Of a stretch of 64,000 bases of DNA, positions 12,792 through 25,815 are shown in pieces. The notes below the pieces were generated by a model, which did no database searches, had not been told where the DNA came from, and saw nothing but the letters and a program-made list of their open reading frames with translations. The position numbers and the translations under genes were made by a program. The stretch is from contig CM052817.1 in assembly GCA_028534125.1 (NCBI GenBank), forward strand, positions 82,214,001 to 82,278,000, given 5' to 3'. Within the stretch, counting starts at the first letter, position 1. Each line of letters begins with the position of its first letter. Source of the DNA: Lama glama. Its lineage: Eukaryota.

Positions 12792-13800
12792 AAAGTATTT
12801 TTTATTGAGTTATAGTCATTTTACAATGTTGTGTCAAATTCTAGTGTAGAGCACAATTTTTCAGTTATACATGAACGTACATATATTCATTGTCACTTTT
12901 TTTTTTTGCTGTGAGCTACCACAAGACATTGTATATATTTCCCTGTGCTATACAGTATAATCTTGTTTATCTATTCTACATATGCCTGTCAGTATCTACA
13001 AGTTTTGAAATCCCATTCTGTCCCTTCCCCCCTCCCACATTGGCAACCACAAGTTTGTATTCTACGTCTGTGAGTCTGTTTCTGTTATGTATTTATGTTC
13101 TTTTTTTTTTTTTTNNNNNNNNNNNNNNNNNNNNNNNNNNNNNNNNNNNNNNNNNNNNNNNNNNNNNNNNNNNNNNNNNNNNNNNNNNNNNNNNNNNNNN
13201 NNNNNNNNNNNNNNNNNNNNNNNNNNNNNNNNNNNNNNNNNNNNNNNNNNNNNNNNNNNNNNNNNNNNNNNNNNNNNNNNNNNNNNNNNNNNNNNNNNNN
13301 NNNNNNNNNNNNNNNNNNNNNNNNNNNNNNNNNNNNNNNNNNNNNNNNNNNNNNNNNNNNNNNNNNNNNNNNNNNNNNNNNNNNNNNNNNNNNNNNNNNN
13401 NNNNNNNNNNNNNNNNNNNNNNNNNNNNNNNNNNNNNNNNNNNNNNNNNNNNNNNNNNNNNNNNNNNNNNNNNNNNNNNNNNNNNNNNNNNNNNNNNNNN
13501 NNNNNNNNNNNNNNNNNNNNNNNNNNNNNNNNNNNNNNNNNNNNNNNNNNNNNNNNNNNNNNNNNNNNNNNNNNNNNNNNNNNNNNNNNNNNNNNNNNNN
13601 NNNNNNNNNNNNNNGAAAACTGGACAGCAGCATGTAAAACAATGAAGCTAGAACACTCCCTTACACCATATATAAAAATAAACTCAAAATGGATCAAAGA
13701 CTTAAACATAAGACAAGATACAATAAACCTCCTAGAAGAAAATATAGGCAGAACATTATCTGACATACATCTCAAAGATGTTCTCCTAGGGCAGTCTACC
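12792..13800 (-). mobile_element. Young L1, 5'-truncated with 5' inversion, spanning an assembly gap
   Basis: 12792-13114 is an antisense L1 3' UTR; 13615-13800 is a sense, uninterrupted ORF2 piece ([48 protein letters not shown]); perfect 12-bp TSD caaacaattttt at 12780-12791 and 13801-13812. Confidence 0.9.
13115..13614. other. Assembly gap (500 N)
   Basis: Run of exactly 500 N beginning after a T14 tract inside an L1. Confidence 1.
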
Positions 13801-15302
13801 CAAACAATTTTTGATTAGAGGTGAGAGTTTTTTTTGCTCTTCCTATTCCTGCTGGGAAATTATAAAGATTATCTATAGTTGGAACAAAAATTTAAATTAT
13901 CTTAATAATCCCTCAATCAGATCTCAATCTCTGATTAAACAGAGTGAAAGATGTCACTTCCAATTTTGAAGCTATTAAAAATATCTAAAAAGTCCTTTAA
14001 GTCTTTAACAGAAACTAGCCTATTTGAGCTGTCTCCATGTAGCTATATTCACAATTAGTGCCAATTTTTGAATCTCAGTCAGCCATATAGCAATTGGCAT
14101 CCTTTAATATGGCTGTGTTGTGGCTTCATCCTTTTCACTTTTTACATTCTTTGCCTCAGAGGCAGAATTCAGATACTTTGAATAGAGCCATGTAGACTTT
14201 CATGACTTTGGACTGGCAAAGGAATCTGATTTTAATGGAGTACATTTCAAAAGAAAAGCAGAACACATGTTCTGCAGCTGAACTTCACAAGAGATCCTGG
14301 TTTAATGAAACAGTAGTAGCCACCTCTTCTATAGTCCCCCAGTAGCAACAAAATGGTGGCACCAAAGGGAGAAAAATGTAACCTTTCACATGTTTTTTCA
14401 ATCTTAATATAAATGTATTAGTTCTTGGGAAAAAAAGGAGCTGAGGAAATTATAATTCCCTAAAACCACTGTAAAAGGGTAAAAAAATAAAGTAATAAAA
14501 TTATAGCTTCTATTTAATTCTCTGACACAGTGTGTCTCCATGTTAAATATATAATTTTTCATAAAATCATATGTAAGTTTAAGCACAGGGCTCTATTGTC
14601 TATTCTTAACAGTAATTCAGCAGCCCCTATATAAATAATGTTTATTTCTCTGGGGACTAATTGGGCTGTGTCTACTTGTCTGGCTGCTAGGAGAGAGCAG
14701 ATTACATGTTTTGCTCCAAGCTTTTCTTTTTGTAGCCTTTTCATGAGGAATTTGGCTTTTTCTTCAGGCTCACTTATAGAAAGATTGTAGACAAATTAAT
14801 GAAGTCCCATATATCTTAAGTCATTGTCAGAATGGCTGATGAGTTTAAAGAGGCTAATTCAATTTACTTCCCCTTTCAAATGTAGTTGGGTATTTCTTTT
14901 TGAATTTTAAAAAAGAAAATTTGTTAATCAATGGATCTTGCTGGTATTGATTATATTCTTGTTAATTTGTGCATCAGGGTCAGTATTTGGATTTCCTATC
15001 AGTTGTAGAGCATAGGCTGTGTGGAGAAGTGTGTCTCTATAAAGGTGCCTTGCTCACTATCAAGTGACTTCATGTGACTCCATATGACTATAAACTGTTA
15101 ATTCACCAGGTGTATTTCCCAAATCAATATTCTTAAAATTATCTCCCAATTTTGCATATAACTCTTCACAGCAAAAATATGAAGGTAACCACACACATAT
15201 TGCTTTAGTAAATACCCTAGGGTTTTCCTTTTACATGTTAATGTTAATTTTTGTCTCATTCTCCTGCTACTTAGTGACAGGATAAACTTTTGATAATGCC
15301 CT

Positions 15303-16365
15303 GAAGAGAAGATATTTGCAAATGATATATCCAATAAAGTGCTGATGTCCAAAATATATAAAGAACTCATATAAGTCAATAACAACAAAACTCAATTAAA
15401 ATATGGGCAGAGGATCTGACTAGATGTTTTTCCAAATAAGATATACAGATGACTAATAGGCACAAGATGCTCAACATTACTAATTATTAGAAAAATGCAA
15501 ATCAAAACCATAGTGAGATATCCTCACACCTGTCAGAATGATTATCATCAAAAATTTTATAAATAAACAATTTTGGTGAGGATGTGGAGAAAAGGGAAGC
15601 CTATTACATTGGACTGTAAACTGTTGCAACCATTATGGAAAACAGTATGGAAGTTTCTCAAAAATCTAAAAATAGGACTACTATATGACCTAACAATTCG
15701 ACTGCTCAGTATATATCCAAAGAAAAAAAATTTGAAAAGATACATGGACCCCAATGTTCAAAGCAACCTTATTTACAATAGCCAAGATATGGAAGCAACC
15801 TAAGTGCCCATCAACAGGTGAATGCATAACAAAAATGGGATACACACAAACACTCACACACACAGTGAAGCACTAGTCAGCCACAAAAAACAAAGATGAA
15901 ACCTTGCCATTTGTGAAAACATGGATGGAGTATTATGCTAAGTGAAAAAAGTATTATGCTCAGTGAAAAAAATATTATGCTAAGTGAAAAAAGTATTATG
16001 CTAAGTGAAAAAAGGCAGAGAAAGACAAATACTGTTTGACTTCACTTTTAAGTGGAATTTTAAAAAAACTAATGAAAAAAACAAATAAAAACAAATACAT
16101 ACATCCAGAGAACAGAGAAGTGGTTACCAGAGGGGAAGAGGAGGGGGAGGTGAAATGCATAAAACGAATCAACTATGGTGATGAATAGAAACGACACTTT
16201 TGGTGGTGAGCAGGCTAAAGGGCAGATGGAAACATGGAAGCAGAAATCTAACGTTGTACGCAGGAAACTTACATAACATTATAAAACAATGTTACTACAA
16301 TAGTAAGTATCAAAAGAAGAAAGAAATGAAAAAAGAAAGAAAGAAAAACAGAGAAAAAAGAAAGC
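15303..16365 (+). mobile_element. L1 3' portion (ORF2 C-terminus, 3' UTR, A-rich tail)
   Basis: gagaagatatttgcaaatgat (EKIFAND); ORF 15573 contains [38 protein letters not shown]-rich tail ~16310-16365; frameshifted. Confidence 0.93.
15930..16013 (+). repeat. Minisatellite, 4 x 21 bp (gtattatgctaagtgaaaaaa)
   Basis: Units start at 15930, 15951, 15972 and 15993, each with at most one substitution. Confidence 0.95.
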
Positions 16366-16389
16366 TCTATAAAATGGAGAGATCAAGTA

Positions 16390-16417
<28 letters not shown>
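16390..16417. repeat. (TA)n microsatellite
   Basis: Direct reading. Confidence 0.95.
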
Positions 16418-16420
<3 letters not shown>

Positions 16421-17413
16421 AAATTTGAATATTAAAAGGAAAAAAATCAGGCAAAGTTAGAAAAAGTGATGGAAACTTAGCAAATAAAATCTGTGTTTTT
16501 TCAGGGTAATATGGTATTACTATTTCAAAGATTATCAAACAATATAAAAATACAACACAAAAATTAACAATGTTTTTAAAGGTAACAAAGCTCTTAATTT
16601 ACTTAATACCTACCTACTTCTTGCAGCACTATATTATTGAGGAAAAATACCCAAAAGTCAGAAAAAATGGTAAGGGATAAGGAGAGTGTCAGGATGCTTC
16701 TTCAATGTCACACAAAGGCATTTTCATGAATTATTTTATTCTCTAGGAAAATTTACTTATGTTTGACTTCGTATTTACATGTTGATTAAAGTCAAGATAT
16801 CATACAGTTCTTATACGTTAACCTGAATATTTCTGTTACTCAGGAGGATATACATATAATTATCCTATTATATAGGACAAAAGATAATCCAAAGGTTATG
16901 ATTTTATCGCCCTTACCTAGTTTAGTATCTGACAGAATCTTATTTTTTTTTAATACCTATAAATTCTTAGTTTCTAAAATGTCCTTGGAACCTCGTTTAC
17001 TATTTTATTATCCCCTCATTCATGAGTTTAGTAAAATTTTGATACATGCTATATTTATATTTGTGTGAGATTGTATTTAACTTTTTGAAAATTATACCTT
17101 GACACTATACTAATGAAATCTAGGATTCAGAAAAATATTAGATCCTACCCTTTAAAAATAGTCTCAGGTGTTTAGTATATCACAAAATACTTGGTCAAAA
17201 ACTAAAAAGTATTTGAAGAATGACATGATGTTCAATATACTTCACAAAATGAGAAACCAGATGGATGCTACCTGATGGAAGTTAAACTATATCTTTAAAA
17301 AGCCATGATCTGTATCTTTGTAACAGGGGAAACAAGTTTCTGCTCTAGAATCAGCAACATATGACAAGTTTACAAATGTACTACTGTTTCATTCTTCAAG
17401 ATACACCGCTATT

Positions 17414-17857
17414 CAGCATTATGTATGACAGCCCCAATGTAGAAATAACCCAAAAGTAAATAACAAAATGTGCAGAATATAATTCAATAATAATAAGGGA
17501 TGTAGTGAAGATACATTCTCAAACATGGATAAACTTTTAAAAAAATTATGCTAAGTGAAAGAAGCATGTGACAGAAAACTGCCTGTTATATATCTCATTT
17601 ATGAGGAATGTCCAGAATAGACAAATCTATAGAGACAGAAAGTAGATTAGTACTTGCCTGGGGTTGGGGTGGGGGTGAAAATGGGGAGTGACAGCTTATG
17701 GGTATGAGATTTCTCTGTGCAGTGAGGAAAACGTTCTAATACTAGATTATGGTCCTGGTTGTATAGCTCTGTAACTATACTAAAAGACATTGAAGTGTTC
17801 AGCTAAGTGGGTGGATACTACGGTACTTAAATTATATCTCAATAAAACTTTTTTAAA
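17414..17857 (+). mobile_element. L1MB-like 3' end
   Basis: attatgctaagtgaaagaagc...tccagaatagacaaatctatagagacagaaagtagattagt...tatatctcaataaa; degenerate 16-bp TSD aagatacaccgctatt (17398-17413) / aagatgcactgttatt (17858-17873). Confidence 0.88.
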
Positions 17858-20800
17858 AAGATGCACTGTTATTGCTGCAGAGTTTTCAATATTTTCTCCT
17901 ATTTCCTAATGTAAATCTACTGAGTTTGGGTTATTTTTATTATTTAATTAGGACATTAAAAGAGTAAATGAATTATATTTACAAGGTATGATCATCTTTA
18001 TAGTCTTATGGGCATGAAATGAGATTAAAACTAGCAATATTTAGGCTAATCATAACAGATTTTGATGGTACGTGGACATGTCATCAGATTTGAATTCAGT
18101 GTTACCCAAATTACATGACAATCAGCTACACATTCATAGCATTTGGTTTTATTTACTAATTCAAGACATATTCAGCATTTTAAAGAATATTTCTTGAAAC
18201 TGCAACATTACTGGGTTACCAGGATGCTGGTAATAACTAGCACCTAAAATAAAAATGAAGAGTAGTCTAGAGGGAAAGAGTCTTAAGTAAGTTGAAATTC
18301 ACTATACAAAGGCAAATATTCTTCACCTTTTTCCCTCCTTCCCTTTTCTTTATCCTTTCTCTTCAAAACTCCTCACTCTTTAATTCCTGTTGTCCATTCA
18401 TTGTCTATCCACACAATCAGCACATACTGAAGCAAACTTTTAGGGTTGATAATCACTTACATCAACAGGATAAATAAGTACGATTGGGGGAAGAGGAGTG
18501 TAATTTCAATTTCAGAAAGGAGATTTCATTAACTATGTGGCTGAGAAAATTTTATCATCACAAAGCTGGAACCATGAGAATGGAAGGGTAGAAAGTATGC
18601 ATGTATAAACTTTTCCTTTCCAAGGGAAAGACTCTGGCTGTAGTACTTCCAAGGAATTAATCACCAGAAAAGGAAGCAAAATAGGTTCTAAGATAACTTC
18701 TAAAATTATGTAGTATTTAAGTGCTCAATACATATTTTATTAGAACTGATGTTAATTTACTAACAGGATTCTCTTTCTTGTACTGTTTTCCTCAAAGTTA
18801 CAAATCCTCAAGTTTCATGATCTCAATGTTTCTGTTTATGCCTTCTTAAAAAAAATCTGACCTCGGCAAAATAAAGTGGGGCCTGAATCAACAGTAAAGA
18901 CACACTATTTCCAGAACTCAAATAGTTTTATAGGTACCTTTCCAAAGGCACAATTTTGGAGTGAGAAACTGCTTTTCATCTGTATTTAGAAGGCTGTGTG
19001 ATTTTCATGTTGAGATGCATATTTTGGCTGTTGTAGAGTGTGCGATAATGAGAAACTTGCAACGTCTCAGCAGACAGCTATGTCACTTCAGACAACCCAC
19101 TCCCTTTCCTGTCTGGACTTTTTTTTAATTTTTGTTTTTATTTTTAATCCTTGTAAAATCTTAGGCAATACTTGTCTTTCAAACATGACTTCGTGTCTAC
19201 TGGCATTTCTTCCTCTAATTTTATGGATCGAAAATAACATATGTGTTTTTATTTACTTGGGGGCAATTTTCACACGATGGAGTACTATTTATTTATATGT
19301 ATGTATGTATGTATGTGTGTATGAACATATTTTTCACACAGAGATTCTGGAGTTCTTCATCTTTGTTTCACCAGACTAGCTATCCAATTCTCATGCAAAA
19401 ATTATAGACTAACAACATATCAACAAGTCTTCCATGTAAGATTGCTTAAAATCCATTTCTTAAACAGCAAAAAGGTGTACAGTAACATTTAAAAATGACC
19501 CACTGCAATATATTTATCTATATAGATTATGTATTCACAAGTTTTGACCTTTCAGTTACTAATATTTACAACTTAAAAATTCATACATTACTAAAGCTCA
19601 AAATAAATATTAGATATTATATATTATCCTTCTTTAATAATTTTACCTGGAGGGATTGTTTAAATATTTTGAACCCCTGCGTAAAATTATAACTATACAT
19701 CTGTGTGATCAGTAAATTATAGAGATTATAATCCAATAATAATTGTCAATGTGTTTCTGTGAAAAAGAGTATTTTTGTGTGTGTGGGTTTGTTTATTCTG
19801 GCTGATTAATTGGCCTACTCTATTTGTATGACTTTCTATTCCCACCACATACATCAACTCCAAGGAAAGTCAAAAATGTAGGTAATGGAAGGCTCAAGTT
19901 TCTTCTTTCTTAATTTTCGGTTTTTAAAATAAATTTCCTATTCTATACATTTTTTCCTATTCAAATAGGTCAAATTGTCATATCACAAATTTATACTATA
20001 AAAAATAATTATGGTATATAATATATATTATATTGTATCTGTGAAAGTTTTTTTTTAAATTTAAAACAAAAAATGAGTATTTAGCCAATCTTTCAGGAAA
20101 AAAAACCCTGTATACACGCAGTTCTCATAGTTAATTTTTCTAATTAACTGTTTTCTTTCCTTTTCGTAAATTTTATAAATACATAAGCCAAACAATATAT
20201 TTTGGTTGAATGATATCTTAAGTCAAAGTAAGAATTAATTTTTTGAAACACAGACTTGGCAAAGTAAATTCAAATAAAAACTGTAAATGCTTTTAATGAA
20301 ATTTATTTACAACATATTCTTGATCATGTTGAATAGCAGAATTAATAAAACACAAACAAAAACAGTTTAAATTAAAAGATGGCCTATAACAAATTTACAC
20401 AAGGCATTCAAAAGAACATTTTTATACTAAATGACATTTTCAAGCTCAGAGATAACAGTAATTATATATATACCCTTTCACAGGTGTATATGTGAATTAG
20501 GTGTTATTATTTTGTAAGTCTCTAGTTTAAAGGTATTTTATATTTTTCATGAGGGTAAAATACTGGAATTATTTGGTGTCTGTTGTTTCCTCTATTATTT
20601 TCGTATGAGATATAAACACCAGCTAACTAGAAAAATTAACAGATGTCTACCATACATCTTGCTTATTACTGCAAAGTTTTCCTCAAATATAATGTAAATA
20701 TTGTGTTTGTTAAAGCAAGTATGTAAATGTGTGTCTGTAGTGTATGAACAGAAACATCATTATATACTGTATTTACGAAAGATAAACTCTTTCCTATATA

Positions 20801-21109
20801 TTTCAATAATTGTTAGCAGCAACGTGGAGGATAGACCAATTAGAAAATCAAAAGATCCAAACACAATGAAACTATGATCCCGATGAAGGTTTGAAGGTCT
20901 TGGCAAGAGGATTCTCAGTGGGACAGATATATGAGAGGAATTTATACAGTAGAGAGAAATTTTCTCAAGTAAATTCTGATGAGTAAAGTTGAAGCAATTT
21001 TATTTCCAATTGGAAGGAGAGGGAAAAGTTGGAGGAAGGGAAAGCTTTCTTCTATGTATCTCTTGGTATCATGATATTACTATTAAGTGAGGTATAGATT
21101 GCCTTAGAG

Positions 21110-21490
21110 AGAGACCAGTTTGTGCACCATCTTGTCCAGACCACTCCCATCCCCTTCAGGAGATGGTTGACAAGTTCAGTGGTTGACAAGTTGCCAACTG
21201 ACAAATTATAATCAAGATCCACTCCAAAGACTGTCCTGGTCTGAAGAGAGCCATCTTGCCCAGTCATATCCTCTTCCTATGACTCAGGGTATATGTGCCC
21301 TAATTCCTTGCTCTTGGCCTGGAACCATGCCAGCTCCAGAACTTGCTGTGAAGTCAGCTAAGGCTTTTCCTAAGACTGTGTCACAACTTCTGTCATTCAT
21401 ACTTCCTTTACCCTTACAATTGCTGATACCTAGAGCACACCTCATAAATTTCTTCCTTTCAGACTCTATCCCAGCATCTTTTAGTTTAAT
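21110..21490 (+). mobile_element. ERVL LTR, LTR16-like
   Basis: gagagccatcttgcccag...ccagctccagaacttgctgtgaagtcagctaaggctttt...tgctgatacctagagcacacctcataaa. Confidence 0.65.
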
Positions 21491-21578
21491 TTTATATGCA
21501 TTGTGTTTAAGGTAAATCTAGGACTTAACATAGTGCCCTTAATGAAAGAAATTGAGTCAAAGGGCATTAGAAGTCATA

Positions 21579-21640
21579 GTCATGAATAACATATTCATGA
21601 ATAACAATGTCATGAATAAAAATGTGATGAATAACAATGA
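21579..21640 (+). repeat. Short tandem repeat, ~4 x 15 bp (gtcatgaataacaat)
   Basis: atgaataa recurs with period 15 (21582, 21597, 21612, 21627). Confidence 0.85.
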
Positions 21641-21985
21641 GAAAGGAGTGGAACAAGGGAAAATACTTGAGAATACAAATCATTTTGAATTTGGACAGAA
21701 GAAAAGACATGAGGAGAGAAGACTAAGAAAAAGAGAAAAGATGGACAGATGAGAGAAAAGTCATGGAAATAAGGAGCCACAGAAGACAGAAAAAGATAAC
21801 ATTTTAAGAAGGAAAGAATGGTCTCAAAGTCAGATAATACAGAGATATTAAGTAAGAGAATAGAAAAATGACTGACAGTTTGTTTAGCTCTAATACTAAA
21901 TGCTTATTATGGGAGAAGTCATTTCAGTGGAATCATAACAAAGAAGCTGGGCTAGGATGCGTTGAGTAAGAAATTGAAAATTGAA
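21640..21985 (-). mobile_element. L2 fragment
   Basis: Purine-rich; ttttaagaaggaaagaatggtc...atttcagtggaatcat typical of antisense L2. Confidence 0.55.
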
Positions 21986-22026
21986 AACAAATTAATTTAA
22001 ATAAAAAAAGAATAAAAACAAAGGTA

Positions 22027-22530
22027 CGTGATGGTTAATTTTATGTGCCACCTTGACAGGGCTATGGGCACCCAGATAACTAATCAAACATTACTTTATT
22101 CTGGGTGTCTGTGAGGGTGTTTCTTGATGACATAGATTAACATTTGGATCAGTAAACTGAGTAAAGCAGATTGCCATCCCTGATGTGTGGTCTTCTTCTA
22201 ATCAACTGAAGATCTGAATAGAACAAAAAGGCTGAGTAAGAAGGAACTTCTCTGGCCTGTCTGCATGAGCAGAAATATTGCTATTTTCTGGCTTTCAGAC
22301 TCCAACTGAAACACTGGCTGTTTTGGGGTCTCAAGCTTGCCTGCCTTCAGACTAAAATGTATACCATCAGCTCTCTTGGGTATCAGACCTTCTGACTAGT
22401 CACTTTAACTACTGGGTCCTACCAGTTGCCCATTTGGGGATTTCTCAACATCCATAATCATGTGAGCCAACTTCTTATAATAAATCTCTTTACATATTGG
22501 TTCTGTCTCTGAAGAACCCTGACTACTACA
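22027..22530 (+). mobile_element. ERVL solo LTR (MLT2 family)
   Basis: Starts gtgatggttaattttatgtg; ctgagtaaagcagattgcc; ccataatcatgtgagccaa; aataaa; ends gaaccctgactactaca. Confidence 0.92.
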
Positions 22531-23093
22531 TAGAGACTATAAGTTGTTTCAAGAAGCTTGGCTAGAAGTGAAGAATTTTACTAGTACGTATGTTTAAATT
22601 TTAAATGAGAATGCTCCAGTGATAAAAGGTGCTACTTTTGCGTTCTTCCTTGGTTTTCTTCCTATTTCTATTTATCAAATACATAACACTTTATTATTTT
22701 TTATGTAATTTTCCAATGAGCCCTGTTGTTACTCAGAAGACTTTATCATGCGTTCTAGATGTTGAAATGTCTACCCAGAATGTGAGTCCTAGAATGTTCT
22801 CTCCACGTGGTGGGTCTCTCCACATGTCTGCTGTTTTGGTTTCCTTTGCATTTAACACTCAGAGGGAAAAAATCTTAAGTATTATCTCTATACTCAACTT
22901 CTATTAGCATGGTTATCTGAATTCCTTCTTTGTCATCACATTCAGCAGTTTACAAAACAGAATAATATGTTCTTAACAATACAAATAATTTTCACTCCGA
23001 ATTTAAGTCACCTACAAAACTGTACTTATAAATAACATTTCCAAAGTATTTTCCATTCACTTACTCCTCTGCAGATATGTCAGCCCATCTGCT

Positions 23094-23560
23094 TGTATTA
23101 GTTTCCTAAGGCAGCAGTAACAAAATATCTCAAATGAGGTGGCTTAAAGCAACAGAAATTTCTTATCTCACAGTTCTGGAGGCTAGAGGTCCAAAATCAA
23201 GGTATCTTCAGTGCTATGCTCCCTCTGAAACCTACAGAGGAAGAATCCTCCTTTGCTCCTTAGCTTCCGGTGGCCCACGTGTTCTTTGGCTTGTGGTAGT
23301 GTAACTCTAGTCTCTGCCTCCACCTTCACATGGCCATCTTCTCCCTGTGTGTCTGTCTTCACATCATCTTCCCTCTTTTTACAAGGTGACCAGTCATATT
23401 GGATTAGGGACCCACCCCACTGCATTATGTTTTCATCCTGACTTAACTAAGTACATCTGCATTGATTCTATTTTCAAATAAAGTTACAATCTGAAGTACA
23501 GGAGCTTAGGACTTTAATATATTTTTTTGGTGGGGTGGGGACACAATTCAAACCATAAAA
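23094..23560 (-). mobile_element. MaLR solo LTR (MLT1B/C type)
   Basis: tgtattagtttcctaaggc...ctcacagttctggaggctagaggtccaaaatcaagg...gacacaattcaaaccataa; TSD ctgct (23089-23093) / ctgtt (23561-23565). Confidence 0.92.
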
Positions 23561-23569
23561 CTGTTCTTT

Positions 23570-23845
23570 CTTGAGCACACCAAGTCTTTTTATACTTTGT
23601 GGCCTTGCACTCCTTTGCCCTTTCTTGTGCCTGTCACGTTCTTCCACTCCTTCAGGACTGTGCTCAAATATAACCTTATCAGAGAGCCCTTCCATGACCA
23701 CCTACTGCCATTCCCTGTTACCTCATACTTCTTAAAAATACTCATCATCATCTGCATGCTGTTTGTTTATTTGCTTATTCATTTATCGTCCGTCTATTTT
23801 CAATGATTGACTATACTCCTAAAGCAGAGGTGTTATCTTATGAAT
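23570..23845 (+). mobile_element. L2 fragment
   Basis: ggccttgcac...tccttcaggactgtgctcaaatataacctt...agagcccttccatgaccaccta. Confidence 0.6.
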
Positions 23846-24054
23846 TGTGGAAGAAAGGAGAATCAACAAGGAAGACATTAGGGTGGAAGTAAGGGTCTCT
23901 GATAACTAAATGTTCTCAAGCTTCTATAAACCACAAAAATAAATACTGATGTTAAATCAAAGGAAAAAAATAAGCCAAATTCTTACTAATATGAGATTTA
24001 GGGATAAAGATTATATTTTAAGCAAATACATATAAGGGACATTAAAAAAAAGAA

Positions 24055-24830
24055 GTTAATTCAAAATATTCAGCAACTATTTATTGAATTACTATTATGT
24101 GTCAAACACTATTCTGGGCACTGATGCTATAGCAGGAAAACACTTAGATAAATACTCTGCTGTCGTAACACTTACCTTCTTAAAAGAAGAGAGAAAATAA
24201 CCAAATTTTTAAGAAAAATTAATACACATAGAGAGTCTGGTAGATGGAAGTGCTTGACAGGGTATTATTTTATCCTCATTTTATCTAAGAGAAGCCTCTT
24301 GATGGAGATGACATTTGAGCAGTGTCTTTAAGAAATAAGGAACAATCCCTTTGGAGATCTATAGGAGCAGCATCCAAGACAAAATGACCAGCAACTACAA
24401 AGGCCCTAAGATGGAAGGAATGGCAAGAAGTCCAGAGTGGCCAGAGTAGAGTGAATGAGAACAACAGGAGTGGTAGGTGGATTTGGGGTAGAGTAGGGGT
24501 CAGAAGAAGTGAGACTTTGTAGACCAGGAATGATAAACTATGACGTTAAAGGTTAAATCCAACCTGGTGCCTGTTTTTCTAAACAAAATTTCATTGGAAT
24601 ATATCCAATTCCATCATCCATTTGTGTATTTTCTATGGCTGCTTTCACACTACAAGGGTAGATGTGAGCAGCTGTGACCATGACCATATGGGACACAAGC
24701 CTGAATTACAGACATGTGATCTGACTCATGTTTTAAAAAGCTTACTCTGACTGTTATACAAAGAATAGACCGTACAGAGTTAAACATAGAAGAAGGAAAG
24801 CTAGTTAGGAGATGTCATAATGTTCCAGTA
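24055..24830 (-). mobile_element. L2 3' region, interrupted by MER58
   Basis: attcagcaactatttattgaattactattatgtgtcaaacactattctgggcactga; ggagatgacatttgagcag; gaagtccagagtggccagagtagagtga. Confidence 0.8.
24526..24705. mobile_element. MER58-like hAT-Charlie MITE (partial)
   Basis: aaatccaacctggtgcctgtttttctaaacaaaatttcattggaa...tctatggctgctttcacactacaa...gaccatatgg. Confidence 0.8.
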
Positions 24831-25354
24831 CACATAAGCCACATTGTTAATTTACATAATTAAGTAATTTAGTCATCATAAGTAATCACAGGACTGGCCT
24901 ATTTAAAATAGAGGAATGTACCATTTTACATTTAATTTTGGTGTGAATTTTTAAAAATCTTATACACTATCTTTTTTGTATTAGCTATTTTTAGTATCTC
25001 CAATGTCTCATTTTCCTAAATGCTTGTTTTTTAAAACTATATAATGAAAACAGAAAGATTTTAGTTTCTATTTTCTTTTCACTTTGAACAAGTCTAATGT
25101 CATGGGTGCTCTAATTATTCTCATGCAGATTACTTTTGCTGTATCTGAGTATTTCTTTAGGTTACTTTGGTAAATTTGCACTAATACTAACATTTAAGCT
25201 CCACTGCAATTAAAATCTTTACCTGAATCACTGAACTTGTAAAAAATAGTCCTCTTCTCACAGTATTAAAGTGAAATTATAAACCCTTTTTTAAAACTAA
25301 TCTTAACAGAGATTAAAAAGTATGTAATTAACATTAAATGAACAATACTGTGAC

Positions 25355-25815
25355 ATTCATATCAGACAACAAACATTTATCAGGCACTGACTGTGACAGA
25401 CACTGTCCTATGCACTAATGTGAAATGACTAATGAACAGACATGCTGCTTTCCCTCATACAAGGTGATAATATAGATGAGGAGAGAGGCAAGAACAAATA
25501 AGCAAGTAACCAAACAAAAAGAAATCAATCGCGAACGAAAAAGCTGCAGAAGGCAACAAACTACTAAGATAGAAATCATGGAGACCTACTTTAGTCTAGA
25601 TGGCAAATGAAGGATTTTCCAGAGAAGTAATATTTAAGCCGAAATCTAAAAATAAGATGCAGTCAAGCTGTAAGGAACAGAAGGAAGTCTGTGATAGACA
25701 GTAGGGCCAGCACAGTTAAAGCCCCTAAGATAAGAATATCTTCGGTGTGTTTGAGGAATTTAAAAGCCAATGCTGCAGAAGCACAATCGTCAAAGAATAG
25801 AGTGCGGATGACCTC
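25355..25815 (-). mobile_element. L2 3' region
   Basis: caacaaacatttatcaggcactgactgtgacagacactgtcc; gaagtaatatttaagccgaaatct; ggtgtgtttgaggaat. Confidence 0.7.

Noticed and set aside
12890..13818. The longest ORFs in the track (180-251 aa)
   Set aside because: Artefacts of translating through 500 N; the only real protein similarity is the L1 ORF2 fragment.
15930..16013. CRISPR-like array
   Set aside because: Head-to-tail units with no spacers, derived from L1, in a mammalian genome.
20818..20968. Purine-rich exon-like segment ending at aa|gtaaat
   Set aside because: Stop codons in all three plus-strand frames.
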